A stretch of DNA of 64,000 nucleotides, taken from an uncultured delta proteobacterium. Its GTDB lineage: Bacteria; Myxococcota; Myxococcia; Myxococcales; Myxococcaceae. Of this stretch, positions 30,910-41,041 are shown piece after piece. How positions within the stretch are numbered: the stretch's first letter is position 1; each line of letters begins with the position of its first letter. The DNA is taken from positions 736,001-800,000 of the forward strand of contig CAWCKH010000004.1 of the NCBI GenBank assembly GCA_963796055.1, in the 5' to 3' direction. The notes under the pieces are model-generated. The model was not told the origin of the DNA. It saw nothing but the letters and a program-made list of their open reading frames with translations, and made no database searches. A program made the position numbers and the translations under genes.

Positions 30910-33111
30910 TCACGGAGGCGCGGGCATCATGTTCTCGAACAGGTACGTCTCGTCGTTGTAGTCGTAGTTGGAGAAGAAGTCCTGGGGACGTCCGGGCGTC
31001 GCAGACCGGTGCATGTCCACGCTGACGAGCCACGCATTCGGGACCACGTTGCCACTTGCGTCCTTCAGCGGCCAGAACCTCATCCGGTGTCCACACACCT
31101 GCCCGGGCTTGCAGCCAGGATCGATGTCCAGGGGCCCGAGCAGCGACTCGTCGCTGAACTCGGCCTCGATGTGGAACCCGAACTGCTTGTCTTTCGGATC
31201 GAAGGAGCCTGCGGCGGGCAGCCCCGGGTCTGTCGCCGGCTGGGGCACGTTCCTGTACTTTCGCGGAAGGAGCCGCTGGATGTCCTCCACGGCCCCGTCC
31301 AGGATTTTACTGTCGTCCGAGGCCCCTGTCCTGCCCTTCGGGAACCAGAACGCAAAGCTCCCGTAAGATTTGGCGTTCGGATCACCGCAGTCGAAGCCAC
31401 TGTGGAACGCGTTCAGCAATCTCGCGGTGACCGGCCTCGAGGGATCGGCCTTGACCCAGTAAGCGCTGAGCACTTCCTCGCCGACCGCGATGCGCTGCTC
31501 TCCCACGTCGATCAGCTGCTGCTTGGTCCCGACCACGGTCATGTAGCCGTACAGGCCGTTGACGACCTCGTCCAGGTCCGGCTCGGTGGAGATCTGAGGG
31601 AAGAACGTGTTCTGCGGCACATCCTGCCGGAACCCGGCCAGTGCGACGGTCCGCGTCGCTGCGGTCGGGTCGTCGGAGTGGATGGTGAGGGTCCCGTTGT
31701 GGACCCGGCCATCGGTGGCGACGAAATTCACCGTGATGTCCAGCGACACGCCCGGCGCCAGCGCCGCGGGCAGTGGGGTGGACGGCGTGGCGGTGAACGC
31801 GTCCGACATGTCGACCGAGCTGACCGTCACCGTTCCTCCGGAGAGATTCCGGATCGTCAATGTCCCGGTGTCCTTCACGACGAGCGGTCCCCAGCAGGGG
31901 GCGATGGTGGTGATGACGCTGAACACCATCCGGTCGTTCGAAGGCACTCCGTCCTGGTTGATGAGCTTGAGCGCACCTCCTCCCGAGCCGGCCGGTACGA
32001 CGTTCCGGACGATGTACACGACGTCGTTGTAGTCCGGCCCCACGGAGACCGGCGCCTCCTCGGTGGTCACGATGTACGCGTGCGGATCGAGCGATCCGTC
32101 GGGGTTCTTGTACGGATACACCCGGACGTGGTGCTTGCCGCCGCTGCCCGGGTCCCAGGTGTTCAGCGCGTCTTCCTGGTACACGACGTACTGCCCGATG
32201 CCCTGTTTCGGGGTCTCCCAGAAGGGCCACTCGTCCCAGAAGCCGAAGGCGTTCGAGCCCGGGTCGAAGCTGAGCGCGCCCCCGTTCTCGACCGGGGGAT
32301 CCAGCGCGAACGCGTTGGCCTGGGCGATGCGGAAGAGCTCGGTCCGTGACGCGTTGCCCGAGACGTACCAGCCGTTGATGCTCACCGGCTCCCAGGTCGG
32401 CCCATAGGAGGCGAGCAGCTGCAACGTGACCGGGCCGTCGCCCGCCTTCACGAAGGACTGGATACCGATCTCGTCACCGGCGATGGGGACAGGCGGGAGG
32501 TCCTTCTTGCTCGGGTCCGGATTCCCGGCGTTCACCGGGATGTTGTGCACGTCGAAGATCCACTGGAGCGACGGCTCGTTACTCGCCGGAATGGCGAGCC
32601 CACCCAGCGGGACGTTCGTGGTCCCGCCCGAGCTGGCGGCGTCGAGCGACGCCTGCGAGACCCCGGCCGTCCCGTTGAAGCTCACGGTCAGAGTGACCGA
32701 GGCGCCCGCGGCGAGGTCCATCGGAACGGTCGCGCCCGAGACCGAGAAGGCCCCCGCTCCGTTGCCCGAGACGTGCAGGCTCTGCAAGCTCACCGTGCTC
32801 CCGCTCGTGTTCTGCAGGGTGAGCTGGGCCGTCTTGGCCGCGCCCGGCGTGGTGCCGATCACGATCCGATCCGGATTCGCGCTCAACGGCGACGCGGTCG
32901 GCCCGCCATCGGGCGTGCCGCCATCGGGCGTGCCGCCATCGGGCGTGCCACCGTCCGGGACGCACGATGCTCCCGTGCAGCCCCCGTCCCCCGGCCCTCC
33001 GTCGGGCGGCGGATTGTTTCCACCGTCACCGCCCGTGCCTCCACCGGTGTCGCCGCAGCTCACCGCCAGCCCGAGGGCCACCACCACACCCACCATCCAC
33101 GCCCGCTTCAT
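30910..33111 (-). CDS. Large lipoprotein with Ig-like (ASH/choice-of-anchor-D-like) domains and beta-rich domains
   Basis: Lipobox AVSC; PDGG linker; two 'LT..N..G..V.V.S..F..L..G.S..ITV.F..G.L' Ig-like units; repeated DYND motif. Confidence 0.7.
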   Translation of the reverse strand: MKRAWMVGVVVALGLAVSCGDTGGGTGGDGGNNPPPDGGPGDGGCTGASCVPDGGTPDGGTPDGGTPDGGPTASPLSANPDRIVIGTTPGAAKTAQLTLQNTSGSTVSLQSLHVSGNGAGAFSVSGATVPMDLAAGASVTLTVSFNGTAGVSQASLDAASSGGTTNVPLGGLAIPASNEPSLQWIFDVHNIPVNAGNPDPSKKDLPPVPIAGDEIGIQSFVKAGDGPVTLQLLASYGPTWEPVSINGWYVSGNASRTELFRIAQANAFALDPPVENGGALSFDPGSNAFGFWDEWPFWETPKQGIGQYVVYQEDALNTWDPGSGGKHHVRVYPYKNPDGSLDPHAYIVTTEEAPVSVGPDYNDVVYIVRNVVPAGSGGGALKLINQDGVPSNDRMVFSVITTIAPCWGPLVVKDTGTLTIRNLSGGTVTVSSVDMSDAFTATPSTPLPAALAPGVSLDITVNFVATDGRVHNGTLTIHSDDPTAATRTVALAGFRQDVPQNTFFPQISTEPDLDEVVNGLYGYMTVVGTKQQLIDVGEQRIAVGEEVLSAYWVKADPSRPVTARLLNAFHSGFDCGDPNAKSYGSFAFWFPKGRTGASDDSKILDGAVEDIQRLLPRKYRNVPQPATDPGLPAAGSFDPKDKQFGFHIEAEFSDESLLGPLDIDPGCKPGQVCGHRMRFWPLKDASGNVVPNAWLVSVDMHRSATPGRPQDFFSNYDYNDETYLFENMMPAPP
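32903..32959. repeat. 15-nt tandem repeat (3 perfect units plus 1 degenerate) encoding (T/V)PDGG
   Basis: CCGCCATCGGGCGTG x3. Confidence 0.9.
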
Positions 33112-35078
33112 GGCGACCCTCCGTCAGCCGTTCCCCCGTCCGGTCGGAGCAAGATGATCGCCCCCCCGTCCGCGCCACCTTGCACCAGCTGCGCCACGTA
33201 CAGATTCCCCGTGTTCACGTCCTCGGCGATGTCCACCGGATCGCTGAGACCCGAAGCCACCTGGAGGACCCCGGTCCGGTCGATCGGCCCTCCATCCGGA
33301 GGAATGGGCAACGCGAGAATGTCGTCTCCCGCACTGTACTCGACGACGAACAGGTACCCCTTCAGCGCTCCGCCGAACGCCGGGCCCTTGCTCTCCAGCG
33401 CTCCGTCCGGCGAGCGGTTCCGGCTGAAGTCGTAGATCGAGCCCTTCCAGTTGATGTCCGGGAGCGTGCCCACCGGGTATCCGACGCCCCCGTCGAAGGG
33501 AACGACCTCGTCGGGGTCGATTCCGGCGGTCGGGTTGCCGCCGTTCAGAACGTACTGGCCCCGGGTGGGATTCGGATGGCCGTAGTAGCCGCCCTTCACC
33601 ACGTCGAAGAGGAAGTCGTCCTGGGTGGGGATGCTGAATAGCGGCGGAACCGCGGGCAGCACGCCGGGCGGAGTGCCGGGGGTGTTCGCGCCGGCCGCCG
33701 TCCCGTTTCCGGGGGCGTAGAGGTGGCCGTTGCTGTGCCAGACCAGGTCATAAGCATTGCGGATGCCCTCGCCGTAGAGCGTGACCGGCGCGCCCGGCGC
33801 GCGTGGGTCGTAGATGCCGCCATCCCACGGGGGCAGCGGGGGCCCGAGGACCGGAGGGGGGCCCGCGTCGTCTCCGCCGTCCACCCCGCCATCCACCCCG
33901 CCATCCACCCCGCCATCCGGAGGAAACTCGGGCGGCGGGGGCGGCTGGGTCTGCACGTTGATGGGCTCCGTCAGGAGGGTCAGGTCGATGCGCAAGAGGG
34001 CCGAGGACAGGAGACGCTCGCTGCGGTTGTACCAGGTGGGGTCCTGCGCTCCCGAGCCGGTGGTGCTCCCCTGGGTGACGTAGAGCGCTCCGTCCGGCCC
34101 GAAGGCGAGGCTGTTCGTCATGTGGTCCTTCGCCGAGCGGGGAAGGCCACTGACCATGTCCACCCAGGTGGCGACGAAGCCGGGCTGGAGCGGATCGATC
34201 GTCACCTTCGTGACCGTCCCGGTCCAGTCCGGCGCAGGCTGGATGTAGACCGGCGCGTTGGTGGTGACCCAGAAGACGTTCGGGTCGTCGGGCTGGAAGA
34301 CGATGCCGATCAGCGTCCGCCCCGCGAGATCGGCCCACTGCTCCTCGTTGATGAGCGACCCGTCCGGAGCCACGGTCCAGCGGCGCACGATGCCGAGCAG
34401 GTCCGTGCCGTAGAGCCTTCCGTCCGGCCCGAAGACCAGGCTGTCGATGGGCGTCCCGTTCCACACTGGCGGGTCGGTGACGTCGTAGTGGTAGCGCGGG
34501 TCGATCTTGAGGTTGGTGAAGTCGCCGGTGGAGAAGCTGCTGGTGAAGGGGATGAAGGAGTGGCCGCCCTGGTCCGTCACGCGGTCCGAGAGCTGGAAGA
34601 CATAGCCGGTGAGCGCGCCGAGGACTATGCGCGGCTGGAGCACGATCGCGTCACCGCCGCCGGTGGTGTTCACCGTGGCCTCGATCGGCATCAGGTCCGA
34701 GGCCCGGAGCAGCCGGACGTTGTCCGAGGTGAGGGTGGTCTCGTCCACGCCCTGCCCGACGTTGGGCAGGTTCACGTCGACCTTCACCGCGGTGTCACGA
34801 CCCACGAAGGTGTAGCCGTCCGGCGGGTCGATGGCCCGGACCGAGGGGTGCAGCTCTACCGGTCCGGAGTCCGGGATGCCGGAGTCGACCTCTCCTCCGT
34901 CCCCGCCGTCCGTCCCGCCGTCGGGACAGGTCACCAGGAAGCCGCACTCGACGCCGCCGTCGGGCTGCGTCCCGCCATCGGGCCCCCCGCCGCTCACCCC
35001 GTCGCTGCAGGCGACCGCCCCGACGAGGGCCGTCACCGCCGCCGCCGCCGCCACCCACCACCGCACAGCACTCCTCAT
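33108..35078 (-). CDS. Lipoprotein with an Ig-like (Big_5-type) domain and a glucose/sorbosone-dehydrogenase-like beta-propeller
   Basis: Lipobox AVAC; FGPDGRLY and AFGPDGALYV blades; GIRNAYDLVW, GGYYGHP; ATG of the next gene overlaps its stop. Confidence 0.75.
   Translation of the reverse strand: MRSAVRWWVAAAAAVTALVGAVACSDGVSGGGPDGGTQPDGGVECGFLVTCPDGGTDGGDGGEVDSGIPDSGPVELHPSVRAIDPPDGYTFVGRDTAVKVDVNLPNVGQGVDETTLTSDNVRLLRASDLMPIEATVNTTGGGDAIVLQPRIVLGALTGYVFQLSDRVTDQGGHSFIPFTSSFSTGDFTNLKIDPRYHYDVTDPPVWNGTPIDSLVFGPDGRLYGTDLLGIVRRWTVAPDGSLINEEQWADLAGRTLIGIVFQPDDPNVFWVTTNAPVYIQPAPDWTGTVTKVTIDPLQPGFVATWVDMVSGLPRSAKDHMTNSLAFGPDGALYVTQGSTTGSGAQDPTWYNRSERLLSSALLRIDLTLLTEPINVQTQPPPPPEFPPDGGVDGGVDGGVDGGDDAGPPPVLGPPLPPWDGGIYDPRAPGAPVTLYGEGIRNAYDLVWHSNGHLYAPGNGTAAGANTPGTPPGVLPAVPPLFSIPTQDDFLFDVVKGGYYGHPNPTRGQYVLNGGNPTAGIDPDEVVPFDGGVGYPVGTLPDINWKGSIYDFSRNRSPDGALESKGPAFGGALKGYLFVVEYSAGDDILALPIPPDGGPIDRTGVLQVASGLSDPVDIAEDVNTGNLYVAQLVQGGADGGAIILLRPDGGTADGGSP
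33874..33918. repeat. 12-nt tandem repeat encoding (V)DGG
   Basis: CCGCC(A/G)TCCACC, about 3.7 copies. Confidence 0.85.
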
Positions 35079-35237
35079 GTCTGTCGTTGTCCGTCCCGCC
35101 TGCGCGCAGGCGTAGCTGCCGGCCAGGCTCCCAGGTGAAATGCGCCGCAACTTGGGGTTGGTAAGGGGGCCCGGGAACCCCCGATTGTCCGCGGTCTGTT
35201 CACCCCTGGCGGGGCAGACGCGACCCGAGGGCGATTA

Positions 35238-36776
35238 ATGTCGGGGCAGGCCATGCCCCGGTCGGTCCCCATCGAGCTGCTGAGCTTCCGGCGCACCTTC
35301 GCCCTGCTGATGGTGCTGGTGGCGGTGCCGTCGGCGGGGCTCACCGGGCTGGGGGTGGTGGCGATCCTCAACGAGCGCGCGGCGGTGGAGAAGCGCCTGG
35401 CCCTGGTGTGGCAGGACCGGCTCGACACCCTGAGCACCCGGTTCCGCCAGGCGCTGGAGGCGAGCACCGTGACCCAGGTCGACGGCGGCCTCAGGGTCAC
35501 GGCGCCCTCGGGCCAGCTTCTGTCGGGCGCGGGGTTCCGGCTGTCCCGCGACGTGCTCGAATCACCGGACTCCGACCTGGTGGCCGCGCTCACCCCGCTC
35601 CGGAGCCAGCTGGCGTTCCTCCCCGAGCGACCCAGCTTCCAGAGCATTGCCGGGCCCCAGGGGCCGTTGCTGATCGTGGCCCTCCGGACGCCCGACGGCG
35701 TGCTGGGAGCGCAGCTCTCGCAGGCTGCGCTGGAGCAGCTCCTCGCGAGCAGCGCCCAGGACCTGAAGGGCAAGGGCGAGCAGGTCCGCTTCGAGCTCAC
35801 CGCGGTGCAGCCGGCCCGACCGGGGCTGGTGGGCAAGTTCGTGGGCGGAGTGCCCGGGGCGAAGAACGCGCTGGAGGTGAGCCCGCTCGCCGAGCGGCCA
35901 CTGCCTCCGCCCCTTCAAGAATTCCAGCTGCGCGCCATGCCCGAGGCGGGCGATCCAGTCGCGTTCGCCTCGTTGCGCAACCGGCTGGTCTACGCCGGGC
36001 TGCTCGGTGCGTTCTACGCCACCCTGGTGGTGGGGGTGATCTACACCGCGCGCGCTCTCTATCTCCAGGCCCGGCTGTCCCGCCTGAAGACAGACTTCGT
36101 GAGCCTGGTGAGCCACGAGCTGCGTACCCCGCTCACCTCCATCCGGATGTTCATCGAGACCCTGGCGCTCGGCCGGGTGAAGGAGCCCCAGCAGACGCAG
36201 GAGGTGCTGGAGCTGCTCCAGAAGGAGACCGAGCGGCTCTCGGCGATGATCGAGCGGGTGCTCGACTGGGCGCGACTCGAGTCCGGGCGGCAGCGCTACC
36301 GCAAGGAGCGCCTCACCCCGAGGGAGATCATCGACGCCTCGCTCGACGCCTTCCGCGCGCAGCGGCTGGACAGCCAGGTCCAGCTCCGCTGCGAGGTGCC
36401 CGAGGCGCTCCCGGCGCTGGAGGGGGACCGCGAGGCGCTGGCGGGCGCGCTGCTCAATCTCCTCCACAACGCCTACAAGTACTCGGGCGCCGAGAAGCGC
36501 ATCGAGCTGCGGGCCGAGGTGCGGAACGGGGGGGTGGACATCCAGGTCGAGGACCACGGAGTGGGCATCGCCAAGCGTGACCGGAAGCGGGTGTTCGATC
36601 GCTTCTACCGGGTGGACAATCTCCTGACCCGCCAGACCGAGGGCTCGGGGCTCGGCCTCTCCATCAGCCGGCGCATCGTCGAGGCCCACGGGGGCAGGCT
36701 CACGCTGACCAGCGAGCTGGGCAAGGGCAGCACCTTCACCATCCACCTCCCGGCGGCGAAGGAGGCGCGGGCGTGA
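35238..36776 (+). CDS. Membrane sensor histidine kinase
   Basis: Two TM helices; VSHELRTPL H-box, NLLHNAYKYS, D.G.GI, FDRFYR, GSGLGLSI. Alternative start at ATG 35253. Confidence 0.94.
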   Translation: MSGQAMPRSVPIELLSFRRTFALLMVLVAVPSAGLTGLGVVAILNERAAVEKRLALVWQDRLDTLSTRFRQALEASTVTQVDGGLRVTAPSGQLLSGAGFRLSRDVLESPDSDLVAALTPLRSQLAFLPERPSFQSIAGPQGPLLIVALRTPDGVLGAQLSQAALEQLLASSAQDLKGKGEQVRFELTAVQPARPGLVGKFVGGVPGAKNALEVSPLAERPLPPPLQEFQLRAMPEAGDPVAFASLRNRLVYAGLLGAFYATLVVGVIYTARALYLQARLSRLKTDFVSLVSHELRTPLTSIRMFIETLALGRVKEPQQTQEVLELLQKETERLSAMIERVLDWARLESGRQRYRKERLTPREIIDASLDAFRAQRLDSQVQLRCEVPEALPALEGDREALAGALLNLLHNAYKYSGAEKRIELRAEVRNGGVDIQVEDHGVGIAKRDRKRVFDRFYRVDNLLTRQTEGSGLGLSISRRIVEAHGGRLTLTSELGKGSTFTIHLPAAKEARA

Positions 36777-37468
36777 GCCAGGAGAAGCCGCGCGTGCTGG
36801 TGGTGGAGGACGACCTCTCCATCCTCACCGGCGTGTCGATGAACCTCCGCTTCGAGGGCTACGAGGTGCTCCAGGCCCAGGACGGGGCGCGGGGCCTGGA
36901 GATGGCGGTCCGCGAGGCGCCGGACCTCATCGTGCTCGATCTGATGATGCCCCGGCTCAACGGCTACGAGGTGCTTCGCGAGCTGCGGTCGCGCGGGGTC
37001 CGCACCCCGGTGCTGGTCCTCTCGGCGAAGGGCATGGAGCGCGACAAGGTGCTGGGCCTCGACCTGGGGGCGGACGACTACGTGGTGAAGCCGTTCGGAG
37101 TCGCCGAGCTGGTGGCCCGGGTGAAGGCGGTGCTCCGGCGGCGCTGGGGTGACGACGGCGAGGTGGTGCGCTTCGGGGACGTGGCGGTGAGCCTGGGCAC
37201 CCGGCAGGTGACGCGGGCCGAGGCCCCGGTGGACCTGACGGCGCAGGAGTTCAAGCTGCTGGCGCACCTGGTCTCGAATCCCGGACGGACCTTCTCCCGG
37301 GAGGAGCTGCTCACCGGCGCCTGGGGCATCGACTACGACGGAACCCCGCGGACAGTGGACACTTTCGTTCGCCAGCTCCGGCAGAAGCTCGAGCCCGATC
37401 CGGAGGCGCCCCGCTACATCCTGACCGCGCGGGGCCTGGGCTACCGGTTCCAGCGCCACCCAGGCTGA
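36773..37468 (+). CDS. OmpR-family response regulator
   Basis: VEDD, DLMMP, GADDYVVKPF, winged helix RTVDTFVRQLRQKLE..RGLGY. Confidence 0.95.
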   Translation: MSQEKPRVLVVEDDLSILTGVSMNLRFEGYEVLQAQDGARGLEMAVREAPDLIVLDLMMPRLNGYEVLRELRSRGVRTPVLVLSAKGMERDKVLGLDLGADDYVVKPFGVAELVARVKAVLRRRWGDDGEVVRFGDVAVSLGTRQVTRAEAPVDLTAQEFKLLAHLVSNPGRTFSREELLTGAWGIDYDGTPRTVDTFVRQLRQKLEPDPEAPRYILTARGLGYRFQRHPG

Positions 37469-37630
37469 CGCCACCGCGGGGCGGCAGGGAAGATCCGCCC
37501 TCCGCGACCGACTCTCCCTGGGGACATGAGACCGGACCTCGCACTCCACACGGATGCCTTGACCGTCGTTCGAGCACGGTGGCACCGTCACACCATTCCG
37601 GCGCCGTCGAAGTCCCGCAGTCCAACGACA

Positions 37631-38143
37631 GTGGATCCCACCTTGCGGGCGGCCGTCGTCGCGCTCCGGCCCGTCCTGCTCGTCCTGGCGCGGCGGATGT
37701 GTGCGTCCGAGGCAGATGCCGCCGACGTGGTGCACGACGCCCTGGAGAGCGCGCTGCAGGCGGGCGACCGGCTGAAGGCCGTGGAAAATCTACAGGCCTG
37801 GCTGGTGACCATCCTGCACCGACGGATGATCGACCTGTTCCGCAAGCGTGAGCGCGAGCAGCTGGGCGATCCGCCCGAGGCGCCGGCGACGACGCAGGAG
37901 ATGCCGGCGGTGGACGCGCCGCGGTGGATGGAGATCGACGGCGCGCAGCTCCGGGCGGCGGTGGAGCGGCTTGAGCCCGAGTTCCGCGAGGTGTTCACCC
38001 TGCACGCCTTCGAGCGCCGCTCGTACCGGGACATCGCCGCCGCGCTCGACATTCCACAGAACACGGTCGGAACGCGCCTTCTCCGGGCGCGCCGGAAGCT
38101 CCGGGTGCTGCTGCTGGGCGGCCCGGGGGAGGTGGGGACATGA
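37631..38143 (+). CDS. ECF RNA polymerase sigma factor
   Basis: DAADVVHDALESA, AWLVTIL, SYRDIAAALDIPQNTVGTRLLRAR. Start approximate. Confidence 0.9.
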   Translation: MDPTLRAAVVALRPVLLVLARRMCASEADAADVVHDALESALQAGDRLKAVENLQAWLVTILHRRMIDLFRKREREQLGDPPEAPATTQEMPAVDAPRWMEIDGAQLRAAVERLEPEFREVFTLHAFERRSYRDIAAALDIPQNTVGTRLLRARRKLRVLLLGGPGEVGT

Positions 38144-41031
38144 CGCCCGAGGACCACAGCGGGGGCCCCGTGCACTGCGACCAGCTGGGGCCGTTCGTGG
38201 ACGGCGAGCTGGACGCGCAGGAGGCGGTGGCGTTCCGCCGGCACCTCCTGGTGTGCGCTCGGTGCCAGCAGGAAATGCACGGGCTGATGCAGCTGTCCGC
38301 CCTGGCCGAGCAGGCGCGGGAGCAGCGTCCGGTGGCGCAGCCCGACCTCGCGCCGGTTCTGGTGGCCGCGGCGGACCGGCGCGCCCGACCGCGCCGCGCG
38401 GCATGGGTGGGCGTGGTGGGCGCGGTGGCGCTTGCGGCGGCGGTGGTGCTGGCGCTCCGGGTCAACGCCTCCCGATCCGATCTCCCCACCCTGCTCGCCT
38501 CTCTCGATGCACGCCGGACCTCGGGGTGGCCGAGCTATGCCGGGCCCCGCGAGTACCGCCCGTACGTGGTCCAGCGTGGGACCGCTGCCTCCGCGCCCCT
38601 CAAGGGGCTGGCCCGGCTCGAGGAGGAGGGCAACTGGCAGGCGCTCGGGACGGCCGCGCTGGTACGGGGCGAGTACGCGCAAGCGCTGAGCTACCTCCAG
38701 CGCGCGCCGCGGAACGTCGCCGCGCTCAACGACCTCGGCCTCGCGCTGATGGACAGCGGAAAGCTCGAGGCGGCGCTCGAGGCCTACGACCAGGCGCGAG
38801 AGCTGGACCCGACCTTCGCGCCGGTGGAGTTCAATCGCGCTCTGGCGCTGGAGCGGCTGGGGCTGCCGCGCGCCGGGCTCGACACGATTCGCGAGGCGAG
38901 CCTTCGCGCGAAAGGGGGCTGGAAGGACGAGGCGGTCCGGATCGCATCCTCCCTGCAGTCCACGGTGGATGCGCGGACAGCCGAGTCCGCGCGGGTGGAG
39001 CAGGCCAGGGAGGCGATGCTCGAGGGACGGATGCCCGAGCCGACGCTGGTCCGGGCCGTCCCGGGGATCTTCCGTTCCCAGTTTTACGTCGCGCTGGCGC
39101 TCGCCCCGGATCGGGCCGCCGTGGAACAGCTCCTTCCCCTGGCCCGGGAGCTGGACGGGAGCTCCGGAACCGGGCGCCTCCAGCGCTGGGTGGCGGACAC
39201 CGCCGCCAGGGCCTCTTCCCGGCGCGCGCAGCTTGCCGTGCGTCTGCGGCCGCTCGTCACCCGCTCCACGCTCGAGCAGCGGCAGCCGCTCGCGGCCGAG
39301 GCCCGCGCCGCCGGGCAGGAGGACCAGCTGCTCTTCGTCCTCTCCCGCGATTTCTTCTCCCGGGAGGAGAACCCGGCGTACGCCGAGCTGGTGCAGCGCC
39401 TGCACGACCCTTACTGGGACGTGCGCCTGGTGGAGTACCACGCCTGGGTGGAGCGGAAGAGCGGGCGGCTGAGCGCGTCGGAGCGGTTCGCCCGGAGCGT
39501 GATCGACGGCCCGTGTCGTGACCCCACGCTCTCCGCGGTCTGCGCCGACACCGCGCTGGGGCTCGCCCTCACCTACGCCCATGCCGGCCGCCCAGCCGAT
39601 GCGCAGCGGGCCTTCGAGACCCTCCGCGGCCTCGCGGTGCGCGCCCCGCATCCACGGAGGGACTACGGTGTCTTGCTCCTCGCCGGCGCGAACAGCGCGG
39701 ATGCCGACCGGGTGGGGCTGGCCCGCGGCGAGTTCGACGAGGCCGCCCATCTGCCCAGCGAGACCTGCGAAGAAGCCCAGTACGGCCACATCTCGCTCGC
39801 TCAGGCGTACCTTCGCCGCGGAGATGCGGTGAGCACCCGGGCGGTGCTCGAGGCGGCCCCGCGCTGCGAGGAGGGGAACCGCCTGGAGCAAGCGGAGGTG
39901 CGGACCGATCTGGCGGTCCTCACCACCACGTCCCAGGACCGGGCGGCTGCCGTCGAGCGGATCCGGAAGGCCTCGGCGGCAGCCACGACGCCGGTCGACC
40001 GGCTGGTGCTGGACGCGCTCCGGCTGATGCTCGACGCAGAGGACGGTCGGCCGGACACGCGGGCGCGTCTTGCCGAGCTCCAGCGCGGGTCGAGGGACGT
40101 CGCCGGCGCGGAGGACCAGGTGGCGCGGGCCGGGCGGACCGTGGCGCTCCAGCTGATCCGCGAGTCCCGGTACCAGGATGCGCTCGAGGTCGCCGCGACG
40201 ATGCTCGACACCGCCGCCCCGGACCGCTGCGCCCTGGCGGTCGTGGCCGATGCTCGGCGGGTGGGGCTGGTGTGGACCACCCCGGACAGCGGCGTCCACG
40301 GCCAGGTCCGCCTCCGTTCGGACCCGGGGGCTCCTGGGGGCGATCCCACCTGCGCCGCCGTCACCGTCCTCGCCCCCACGGGGCTGCTCGATCTCGCTCG
40401 CTGGCTCCCCGCCGACCAGGCCTGGAGCCTCCGGGTGGGGCCGTCCCGGCCGGAGGGTCCGATGCGGTTCCAGGATCGGCTCCTGGTGCGCGGGGCGCTG
40501 GCCCCCGCGGACCTCGACCTGCCCCCGCTGAGCCGGGAGAGTGCCGTCCGCGCGGGTTGGAAGGTCGTGGAGGGGGCCGACGCCACTCCGTCGCGGGTGC
40601 TGGAGCAGCTGGAGAGCGCCGACCTGGTCGACTTCGAGGTGCACGGGCTGGTGGACGCCTCGGCTCCGGACGGGGCCGTCCTCGTGCTCAGTCCGGATTC
40701 GCAGGGCAACTATGCGATCTCGGCGACGGACATCCGGCAGCTGCGGCTCGCGCGCGGACCAGTGGTTCTCCTCGGGGCCTGCCGCTCCGCGACCGGCTCG
40801 CACTACAGGGATGTCACGTGGACCCTGCCCCAGGCCTTTGTTCGCGCCGGGGCTCGCGCCGTGTACGCCTCCGTGGCAGAGTTGCCCGACGATCGCGTCG
40901 GCGACTTCCTCGCCGGCGTCGCCCGGCGGCTGGAACGGGGGGTTGCACCGAGCGTGGCGCTCCGCGACGAGCGGGTCGAGTGGTTGCGGCGGGGCGAGGG
41001 CTGGGCACGGGACGTCGTGCTGTTCGACTAG
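38140..41031 (+). CDS. zf-HC2 anti-sigma domain, TM helix, TPR repeats and CHAT (caspase-like) domain
   Basis: FVDGEL..HLLVCARC; TM segment; TPR (ALNDLG.AL..YDQA..FNRALALE); CHAT dyad EVHG (His 40642) and LGACRS (Cys 40780); AF..AGARAVYAS. Confidence 0.87.
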   Translation: MTPEDHSGGPVHCDQLGPFVDGELDAQEAVAFRRHLLVCARCQQEMHGLMQLSALAEQAREQRPVAQPDLAPVLVAAADRRARPRRAAWVGVVGAVALAAAVVLALRVNASRSDLPTLLASLDARRTSGWPSYAGPREYRPYVVQRGTAASAPLKGLARLEEEGNWQALGTAALVRGEYAQALSYLQRAPRNVAALNDLGLALMDSGKLEAALEAYDQARELDPTFAPVEFNRALALERLGLPRAGLDTIREASLRAKGGWKDEAVRIASSLQSTVDARTAESARVEQAREAMLEGRMPEPTLVRAVPGIFRSQFYVALALAPDRAAVEQLLPLARELDGSSGTGRLQRWVADTAARASSRRAQLAVRLRPLVTRSTLEQRQPLAAEARAAGQEDQLLFVLSRDFFSREENPAYAELVQRLHDPYWDVRLVEYHAWVERKSGRLSASERFARSVIDGPCRDPTLSAVCADTALGLALTYAHAGRPADAQRAFETLRGLAVRAPHPRRDYGVLLLAGANSADADRVGLARGEFDEAAHLPSETCEEAQYGHISLAQAYLRRGDAVSTRAVLEAAPRCEEGNRLEQAEVRTDLAVLTTTSQDRAAAVERIRKASAAATTPVDRLVLDALRLMLDAEDGRPDTRARLAELQRGSRDVAGAEDQVARAGRTVALQLIRESRYQDALEVAATMLDTAAPDRCALAVVADARRVGLVWTTPDSGVHGQVRLRSDPGAPGGDPTCAAVTVLAPTGLLDLARWLPADQAWSLRVGPSRPEGPMRFQDRLLVRGALAPADLDLPPLSRESAVRAGWKVVEGADATPSRVLEQLESADLVDFEVHGLVDASAPDGAVLVLSPDSQGNYAISATDIRQLRLARGPVVLLGACRSATGSHYRDVTWTLPQAFVRAGARAVYASVAELPDDRVGDFLAGVARRLERGVAPSVALRDERVEWLRRGEGWARDVVLFD

Positions 41032-41041
41032 GGGGAAGCCG

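Noticed and set aside
37588..40803. Long antisense ORFs (also 852-3455, 11338-13944, 45758-48103 and others)
   Set aside because: Stop-poor shadow frames expected in high-GC coding DNA; no motifs.
38140..41031. CRISPR-associated (Craspase-type) or gasdermin-linked CHAT protease
   Set aside because: No cas or gasdermin-like gene is nearby; the protein is a membrane anti-sigma fusion.
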